Origin: an uncultured Gemmatimonadaceae bacterium
GTDB lineage: Bacteria; Gemmatimonadota; Gemmatimonadetes; Gemmatimonadales; GWC2-71-9
Direction: 5' to 3'
Length of the DNA: 64,000 bases
NCBI GenBank assembly: GCA_964571795.1
Contig: CAZNDK010000003.1
Location: 10,644 to 74,643 of the forward strand
In this document: positions 57,938 to 64,000 of the stretch, piece by piece
Numbering within the stretch: position 1 is the stretch's first letter
Layout of the letters: each line of letters opens with the position of its first letter
The notes under the pieces: model-generated
What the model was told of the DNA's origin: nothing
The model's database searches: none
Seen by the model: the letters and a program-made list of their open reading frames with translations, nothing else
Position numbers and translations under genes: made by a program

Positions 57938-59905
57938 ATGGACCTCAACAAGTACGCCGCCCTCTTTCTTGCCGAGAGCCGTGAACACCTGACGACGTGC
58001 AACCGGCTGCTGCTCGAATGGGAGCGGGATCCGGGCAGCACCGACGCCGTGGCGGGGCTGTTCCGCGCCATCCACTCGCTCAAGGGCATGGCCGCTACCA
58101 TGGGGTACGGTCGGCTCGCCGACCTGGCCCACCGCACCGAGCACCTGCTCGATGCCATTCGGGGCGGGCGCGCGCCGGCAGGACCGGCGGTGGTGGACCT
58201 GCTCCTCAAGTCGGTGGACGCGCTCGAGCGCGGCGTGGACGATGCCGCGGCGGGTGCGGACGGCGGATTCGACCCCGGGGAATTGCCGGCGCTGCTCGAG
58301 GCGGCGGCCGCCGCGCCAGTCAGCGCGCCGCCCAGGAAGCCGGCCCGTGCGGGCAAGGCAGGCGGCAAGAAGGCCGGCAAGACCGCGGAGGCGCCGGAGC
58401 CGACGCCGGCTCCCGCGCCGACGGCGCCGCCGATGCCCGATTTCGGCGACGAGGCGGGGCGGGTCGTGCGGGTCGAAATCCGGCCTGACGCACAGTTGCT
58501 CGGCGCGAGGGCGCACCTTGCGCTGCGCCGCGCCGAGGCGCTCGGCAAGGTCACTGGCGTCATGCCCCCGACCTCCGGGTTCGACGCGCCGGGATTCGAC
58601 GGCCGGTTCACCTTCCGCCTCGACGCCCCGCTCGGCGAATCGCAAATCGTCGCGGCAATCGAGGCGGCCGGCGAAATCGCCAGCGTGGCGGTGGACGCCG
58701 ACACCGTGCAGACCGCCGAGTGGCGCATCCCGACCGCCGCCGCACCGTCGGCGGCCCCGTCGGCGCGGAGCGGCCAAGTCCGGGTGGACCGCCGCCGGCT
58801 CGACGCCCTGATGAGCCAGGTCGGCGAACTGGTCGTGGCCCGGAACCGCCTGCTCGAGCTGGCACAGCACGAGCCCGGCAGCGAGCTGGAGGCGCTCGGC
58901 GCGCGGATCAGCCGCCTGGTGTCCGACCTGCAGGCCGAGATCATCGAAGCGCGGATGACGCCGGTGTGGCAGGTATTCGACCGCTTCCCCCGCGCCGTGC
59001 GCGACCTGGCCCGCCACCTGGGCAAGCAGGTGCGCTTCGAAATGGAGGGCGAGGGCATCGAGCTCGACCGGGCCATCCTCGACGAGCTCGGCGATCCGCT
59101 GCTGCACCTCCTGCGCAACGCGGTGGACCACGGGCTCGAAACGCCCGAGGAGCGGCAGCGGCAGGGCAAGCCGGCCGAAGGGCGGCTGGTGCTTTCGGCG
59201 GCGCGCGAACGGAGCAGCGTCGCCATCCGGATCCAGGACGACGGACGCGGCATCGACCGGCGGGCCATCCTCGCGAAGGCGAAGCGCGAGGGCATCGTGG
59301 GGCCGGAGGTGGAGATCCTCACCGACGACCTCCTGCTCAAGGTGCTGGGCCGGCCCGGCTTCAGCACGGCCGAGCGGGTGAGCAGCGTGTCAGGGCGGGG
59401 CGTCGGGATCGACGTGGTCTTGACGCGGGTGCGCGCGCACGGCGGCGCCGTGGAAATCTCCAGCACGCCGGGCGCCGGGACGACCTTCACGCTGCGGCTG
59501 CCGTTGACCCTCGCCATCCTGCGGGTGCTGACGGCGCGGGTCGGGTCCGAGCGGTACCTGCTGCCGCTTTCCTACGTGGCGGAAACGGTGGACTTCGACA
59601 CGCAGTCGGCCACCGACGTGAAGGGCCGCGAAGCGATCGTCCTCCGCGACCGGGTCATCCCGACGGTGCACCTGCGGGCGCTGCTCGGGATCGACGGGGG
59701 CGAGGTGCCGGCCCGCCGCCCCGGCCTGGTGCTGGAGGTTGGCGACCGCCGCTCGGCCGTCGTGGTGGACGCGTTGGTGGGCCAGCAGGAAGTGGTGGTC
59801 GAGCCGTTCGACGCCCCGCGGGGGACCCCGCCGCTCTTCAGCGGCGCCACGATCCTCGCGGACGGCACCCCGGCGCTGATTCTGGATGCCGCAGCCCTCG
59901 TCTAG
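57938..59905 (+). CDS. cheA: Chemotaxis histidine kinase CheA
   Basis: Track ORF, 655 aa. HPt 'FRAIHSLKGMAATMG', a dimerisation region, HATPase blocks 'LLRNAVDHGLE', 'DDGRGID' and 'GRGVGIDVV', and a C-terminal CheW-like domain. Confidence 0.93.
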   Translation: MDLNKYAALFLAESREHLTTCNRLLLEWERDPGSTDAVAGLFRAIHSLKGMAATMGYGRLADLAHRTEHLLDAIRGGRAPAGPAVVDLLLKSVDALERGVDDAAAGADGGFDPGELPALLEAAAAAPVSAPPRKPARAGKAGGKKAGKTAEAPEPTPAPAPTAPPMPDFGDEAGRVVRVEIRPDAQLLGARAHLALRRAEALGKVTGVMPPTSGFDAPGFDGRFTFRLDAPLGESQIVAAIEAAGEIASVAVDADTVQTAEWRIPTAAAPSAAPSARSGQVRVDRRRLDALMSQVGELVVARNRLLELAQHEPGSELEALGARISRLVSDLQAEIIEARMTPVWQVFDRFPRAVRDLARHLGKQVRFEMEGEGIELDRAILDELGDPLLHLLRNAVDHGLETPEERQRQGKPAEGRLVLSAARERSSVAIRIQDDGRGIDRRAILAKAKREGIVGPEVEILTDDLLLKVLGRPGFSTAERVSSVSGRGVGIDVVLTRVRAHGGAVEISSTPGAGTTFTLRLPLTLAILRVLTARVGSERYLLPLSYVAETVDFDTQSATDVKGREAIVLRDRVIPTVHLRALLGIDGGEVPARRPGLVLEVGDRRSAVVVDALVGQQEVVVEPFDAPRGTPPLFSGATILADGTPALILDAAALV

Positions 59906-59915
59906 GGAGAGCAAC

Positions 59916-60536
59916 ATGGAAGACGTGCGCGATCTGAAGGAACTCCAGTTCGACGCCCTCAAAGAGGTGGCGAACATCGGGGCGGGGCACGCGGCCACCG
60001 CGCTCTCCCAGATGACGAACAAGAAGATCATGATCAGCGTGCCGCAGGTGACGGTCACGCCCCTCGAGGAGGTGCCGGAGGTGCTCGGCGCGCCGGAAGA
60101 GGTCGTGGCCGCCGTGCTCATGCACATGATGGGCGACCTGACCGGGCGCACGCTGCTGCTCTTCCCCGAGCCGTCGGCCTACGCCCTCTGCGATATACTG
60201 CTGCGGCGCCCCGCCGGCACGACCACCGAGTTCGGCGAAATGGAGCAGTCCGGCATCAAGGAGGTCGGCAACATCCTCAGCAGCGCCTACCTGAACGCGC
60301 TGAGCGACTTCATGGGGATGATGCTCGTGCCCTCGGTGCCGAGCCTGGTCGTGGACCTCAGCGCCGCCGTGCTCACCTCGACCTACCTCAACTTCGGCTC
60401 CGAGCGGGACTACGTGTTCTGCGTCGAGTCCGAGTTCCAGTTCGAGGGCGAGTCGTCCAACCTGAAGGGCCACTTCCTCCTCCTGCCGGACTTGGCGTCG
60501 CTGCGGGCCATCTTCGACGCCATCCGCGTCGGCTGA
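59916..60536 (+). CDS. cheC: CheC-family CheY-P phosphatase
   Basis: Track ORF 59886-60536 trimmed to MEDVRDLKELQFDALKEVANIGAGHAATALSQM. A second 'EQSGIKEVGNILSSAYLNALS' gives the duplicated CheC motif. Confidence 0.8.
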   Translation: MEDVRDLKELQFDALKEVANIGAGHAATALSQMTNKKIMISVPQVTVTPLEEVPEVLGAPEEVVAAVLMHMMGDLTGRTLLLFPEPSAYALCDILLRRPAGTTTEFGEMEQSGIKEVGNILSSAYLNALSDFMGMMLVPSVPSLVVDLSAAVLTSTYLNFGSERDYVFCVESEFQFEGESSNLKGHFLLLPDLASLRAIFDAIRVG

Positions 60537-60539
60537 GCG

Positions 60540-63233
60540 ATGGGCAGTCCGGCGCTGCCCGAACGGGACCTCGCGGTCCTCCGGTCGTTCGCCCGCCGCA
60601 TCGACCCGTCCGACGCCGGCGCCCACAACAATCTCGGCGTCCTCTACTACCAGAAGGGCCTCATCCCCGAGGCCATCGCCGAATTTTCCCGCGCGCTCGA
60701 GCTCGACCCCCGCATGCAGGTCGCGCAGGGCAACCTCGAAATCACCTACCGCGCCAGCGGCTACTACGACCGCCGGGTCGCGGAGCTCCGCGAGCGGCTC
60801 CGCCGCGACGCGGGCGACCGCGCGGCCCGCTGGGAGCTGGCGCGGGCCTACGCGGCGCTCGGCCACATGGACGACGCAGTGTCCGAGTTCGAGGCCCTCC
60901 TCGCCTGGCATCCCGACGACATCCCCGCGCTCCTGCAGCTCGGCCTCGCCGAGAAGGCCCGCGGACGCGTCGAAGTGGCGGAAGACTGGTTCCGCCGCGC
61001 CGCCGAACAGGATCCCGACAGCCCGGTGGCGCTCTTCTACTACGGCGAGGCGCTGTACAACCGCGGGCTGAACGAGGCGGCGCTCGAGACCCTCCGCCAG
61101 GCGGTGCACCGCAATCCGGACTACGCGGACGCCCACTACCTCCTCGCGTTCGTGCTGGGCGACATGGGCCTCCACGACGAGGCCCGCGCCTCCACGAAGC
61201 GCGCCATCGCGCTCAACCCGACCCTCGGCAGGGCCCAGGCCAACCTGACGCTGGACGCGCCCGACGACGGCTCGACGCCCGGCCGGCAGTCGCTGGCAGA
61301 CACGATGCGTCCCGCCCTTGCCGCCGGCGGCACCCTCGCGCACTTCAACCTCGGCCTCGCCTTCCGCCAGAAGGGCTACTACCCCGAGGCGCTCCGCGAA
61401 TACCGCCTGGCGCTCGACCACGGCGAGGACCGCCGGCTCACCCTGCAGGCGATGGCCGAGGTGCACCTCCTCCGCCGAGACCTCGCCAGCGCCATCGAAC
61501 TCTACGACGCGCTGGTCGAGGAGCACGCCGACTCCCCGAAGGTCTGGAACGAGCGGGGCGTGTGCCTCCACCAGGCGGGCCGGCGCGACGGGGCCCGCGA
61601 CAGCTACGAGCGCGCGATTTCCCTCGACGCCGACTACGCGCTGGCGTGGAACAACCTCGGCGTGCTGCTCGCGCACGACCCCGCCACCGGCGAGGCGGAG
61701 GCCGCGTTCCGGGCGGCGCTGCAGGTCGAGCGCACCCTCGCTGCGCCCAGGCTGAACCTCGGGCTGCTGCTCTTCCAGATGCGCCGCTTCCAGCAGGCGC
61801 TCGAGACATTCCGCGCCGTGCTCGCCGACCACCCGACCAACGCGCAGGCGTGGAACGGCATCGGGCTCGTGCTGATGGAGCTGCACCGCTACTCCGACGC
61901 GAAGAACGCCTTCGCGCGCGCGGTGGACGCCTCGCCGAACTACGCCTCGGCGCACTACAACCTGAGCTTCACGCTGAGCCAGCTCGGCGACTTTGACGGG
62001 GCCCTCCGGGCCACCAAGCGGGCCCTGGAGCTGGAGCCGTACTACATCCAGCAGAAGTTCCAGCTCTCCATCGACCTCCAGTACGAGGATCCGCTCATCT
62101 CCATCGTGCCGGAGATCAGCGCCGACGTGACCGCCGCCGACCTGGGCGATGCGTTCGTCTTCGACCCGACCGTGCTCGAGGGGATTTTCGAGGACCTGGC
62201 GCCGGCGGGTGCCGCGGCGCCGGCCCCGCCCGCCGCGGAAGAGGCGACCCTCTCGCTGGCACGAGATTACATCAGCAAGGGGTTGCTCGAACTGGCCTCC
62301 GCCGAACTCACGCGGGCCGTGAGCCGCGGGGCCTCCCGCGCCCGGGTGGCCGTGCTGCTCGGCGACATCTTCGGCAAGCGCGGGCTCCACGGCGAGGCCC
62401 TGGAGCGCTACCGCGAGGCCCGCACCGCCGACCCGGCCGACGTGAACGCGCTCCTCGGCGAGGTCCGCTCGCTCCTGGCCCTGAACCGGGCGGGCGAAGC
62501 CGTGGCAGGCGCGGAAGGGTTGGCCCAGCTCGCGCCTACCCACGTCGAGGCCCTCGTGGCCTGCGCGCGGGTCCGGCTCGCAACCGGCGACCCGGTGCGG
62601 GCGCTCGACGCGCTCCGGGAGGCGCAGGCGCGCGCGCCCGGCCGCGCCGACCTCCTCCAGCTGCAGGCCGGGGTATCCCGGCGGCTCGGCGAGCGCGAGG
62701 CCGCGCTCGACGCCTATCAGGCCGCCCTGCAACTGGACAGCGGGCTGGTCCAGGTGTGGCTCGAACTGGGCACGCTGGAGGAGGAGCGGCAGAACTGGAC
62801 GGGGGCCCGTCTGGCCTTCCAGCGCGCACTGGACCTCCTGCCGACCTATTCGGAGGCGGCGCGGGCGCTCGCCCGGCTGCTCCAGCGGATCGACACGCCC
62901 CGGACCGCCATGGCGCCGCTCATCGCCCTCCTCGGTGCCGATCCATGGGACCTCGAGGCGCTCACCCTCCTCGGGGAACTGCTCCTCGAAGACGGCCGGC
63001 CCGACAAGGCCATCGAGGCCTTCGAGCGCGTGCTCCGCTTCGACCCGGAGTCACAGCCGGCGCGGCTGGCGTACGGTGCCGCGCTGGTGCGGGTGCGGCG
63101 CTTCCGGGAGGCGTCGGAACAGTGGGAGTCCGTGGTGCGCGCCGATCCGGGCAGCACGCTGGCCGCGGCCGCGCGCAACCAGCTCCGCTCCACGCGCGAC
63201 CTGGTCCACATCTTCACCGCGACGCCGGAGTAG
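60540..63233 (+). CDS. Large tetratricopeptide-repeat protein (897 aa)
   Basis: Track ORF with many TPR-like units: 'AHNNLGVLYYQKGLIPEAIAEFSRALELDP', 'ALAWNNLGVLLA', 'AQAWNGIGLVLMEL', and others. I recognised no enzymatic domain. Confidence 0.8.
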   Translation: MGSPALPERDLAVLRSFARRIDPSDAGAHNNLGVLYYQKGLIPEAIAEFSRALELDPRMQVAQGNLEITYRASGYYDRRVAELRERLRRDAGDRAARWELARAYAALGHMDDAVSEFEALLAWHPDDIPALLQLGLAEKARGRVEVAEDWFRRAAEQDPDSPVALFYYGEALYNRGLNEAALETLRQAVHRNPDYADAHYLLAFVLGDMGLHDEARASTKRAIALNPTLGRAQANLTLDAPDDGSTPGRQSLADTMRPALAAGGTLAHFNLGLAFRQKGYYPEALREYRLALDHGEDRRLTLQAMAEVHLLRRDLASAIELYDALVEEHADSPKVWNERGVCLHQAGRRDGARDSYERAISLDADYALAWNNLGVLLAHDPATGEAEAAFRAALQVERTLAAPRLNLGLLLFQMRRFQQALETFRAVLADHPTNAQAWNGIGLVLMELHRYSDAKNAFARAVDASPNYASAHYNLSFTLSQLGDFDGALRATKRALELEPYYIQQKFQLSIDLQYEDPLISIVPEISADVTAADLGDAFVFDPTVLEGIFEDLAPAGAAAPAPPAAEEATLSLARDYISKGLLELASAELTRAVSRGASRARVAVLLGDIFGKRGLHGEALERYREARTADPADVNALLGEVRSLLALNRAGEAVAGAEGLAQLAPTHVEALVACARVRLATGDPVRALDALREAQARAPGRADLLQLQAGVSRRLGEREAALDAYQAALQLDSGLVQVWLELGTLEEERQNWTGARLAFQRALDLLPTYSEAARALARLLQRIDTPRTAMAPLIALLGADPWDLEALTLLGELLLEDGRPDKAIEAFERVLRFDPESQPARLAYGAALVRVRRFREASEQWESVVRADPGSTLAAAARNQLRSTRDLVHIFTATPE

Positions 63234-63236
63234 CCG

Positions 63237-64000
63237 GTGCCGATCGAAGGCCCGCTCAAGGAACTGCAGATCCACGACGTCTTCCAGCTGCTCGACCTGG
63301 GCCGGAAGACGGGCGTGCTGCGGGTCACGTCGGAGCTGAGGCAGAACGCGGGAGTGGTGTACTTCGACGGTGGCGGCGTGGTGGCCGCCGAAATCAGGAG
63401 CAATCCGCATCCCCTCGGCGCGCTGCTGATCCGCGCCGGGAAGGTGCGCGAGGACGACGTGGCACGCGCCGCCGGCATCCAGCGGACCCGGCCCGGGCAT
63501 CGCCTCGGGGACATCCTCGTCGAGATGGGCGCCCTGCCCAAGCGGGAGCTCGAGCGCCAGATCCGCGCGCAGGTCGAGGAAGTCATCTTCGAGCTGATGA
63601 GCTGGTCCGAGGGCTATTTTTCCTTCGAGGACGGGCCCCTCCCCTCCGCGCTGGGCGAGGCCACCGTCCGGATACCGACCGAGTCGCTCCTCATGGAGGC
63701 GGCCCGCCGGATCGACGAGTGGTCCCGCATCGAGGCCAAGGTGCCGCACCTCGGCGTCGTCCCGCGGCTCACCAGCTCGCTGGACGACGACGGCGGGCTG
63801 CTCGACCTCCTGCCGTTCGAGTGGGAGGTGCTGGCTGGCATCGACGGCGTCACGGACCTCCGGTCGCTCGCCGCGTCGCTCGGCCGCTCGGATTTCGACG
63901 TGGCCCGCACCCTCTTCGGGCTGGCCACGGCAGGTATTATCCAGCTGGCGGAACCGGTGGTGCCGGGCCAGACCGAGGCGCCGGTGCACGACCTCGCGGT
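63237..64000 (+). CDS. DUF4388 domain protein with an MshEN/T2SSE_N-like segment (partial, runs off window end)
   Basis: Hand translation from the GTG at 63237 gives VPIEGPLKELQIHDVFQLLDLGRKTGVLRVTS...GVVYFDGGGVVAAE (DUF4388-like). This is followed by 'PLGALLIRAGKVREDDVARAAGIQ' and 'RLGDILVEMGALPKRELERQIRAQ'. The frame stays open to the window end and is absent from the ORF track. Confidence 0.65.
   Translation, partial: MPIEGPLKELQIHDVFQLLDLGRKTGVLRVTSELRQNAGVVYFDGGGVVAAEIRSNPHPLGALLIRAGKVREDDVARAAGIQRTRPGHRLGDILVEMGALPKRELERQIRAQVEEVIFELMSWSEGYFSFEDGPLPSALGEATVRIPTESLLMEAARRIDEWSRIEAKVPHLGVVPRLTSSLDDDGGLLDLLPFEWEVLAGIDGVTDLRSLAASLGRSDFDVARTLFGLATAGIIQLAEPVVPGQTEAPVHDLA

Overview
The window is a very GC-rich (roughly 70% by eye), extremely compact bacterial chromosomal segment. 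I can support about 68 protein genes and one tRNA. I see no rRNA, CRISPR array, transposase, integrase or phage genes. My impression from the protein sequences is a Gemmatimonadota-like organism, but this is unverified.

Most of the window is housekeeping:
- purH/purN, valS, thrS, ileS, glyA, rpiB, eno, thiL, plsC, tilS-hpt-ftsH-folP, yggS-divIVA, dksA-like, lspA, rluD.
- A thiolase/hbd pair and leucine dehydrogenase.
- A selA gene embedded in the valS operon.

Two stretches look accessory:
1. 23.2-33.4 kb carries a rhodanese, a two-lobed aspartyl protease-PDZ protein, a cysteine synthase-like gene, DinB, an acyltransferase and msrA. These are followed by three tandem ~500-aa paralogous secreted proteins with a conserved CxxC motif and a GHP-type (DUF3943-like) motif, then a small lipoprotein.
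2. 33.4-43.2 kb is an envelope block: M28 peptidase, MliC-like lipoprotein, Spy/CpxP-like protein, a 1017-aa glycosidase-like protein, DUF411 and others.

The 3' end carries cheW-cheY-cheA-cheC, an 897-aa TPR protein and a DUF4388 protein with an MshEN-like c-di-GMP motif.

The triplicated DUF3943-like array is my best candidate for an uncharacterised system. Other items worth a second look:
- a duplicated tRNA-Met 3' end with twin terminators;
- an 89-nt rod-like hairpin with a 15-bp perfect stem;
- two genes that seem to need CTG start codons;
- about two dozen 4-nt start/stop overlaps linking unrelated genes;
- two small membrane ORFs below the ORF-track size cut-off.

All family names come from motif recognition by eye. 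No searches were run.
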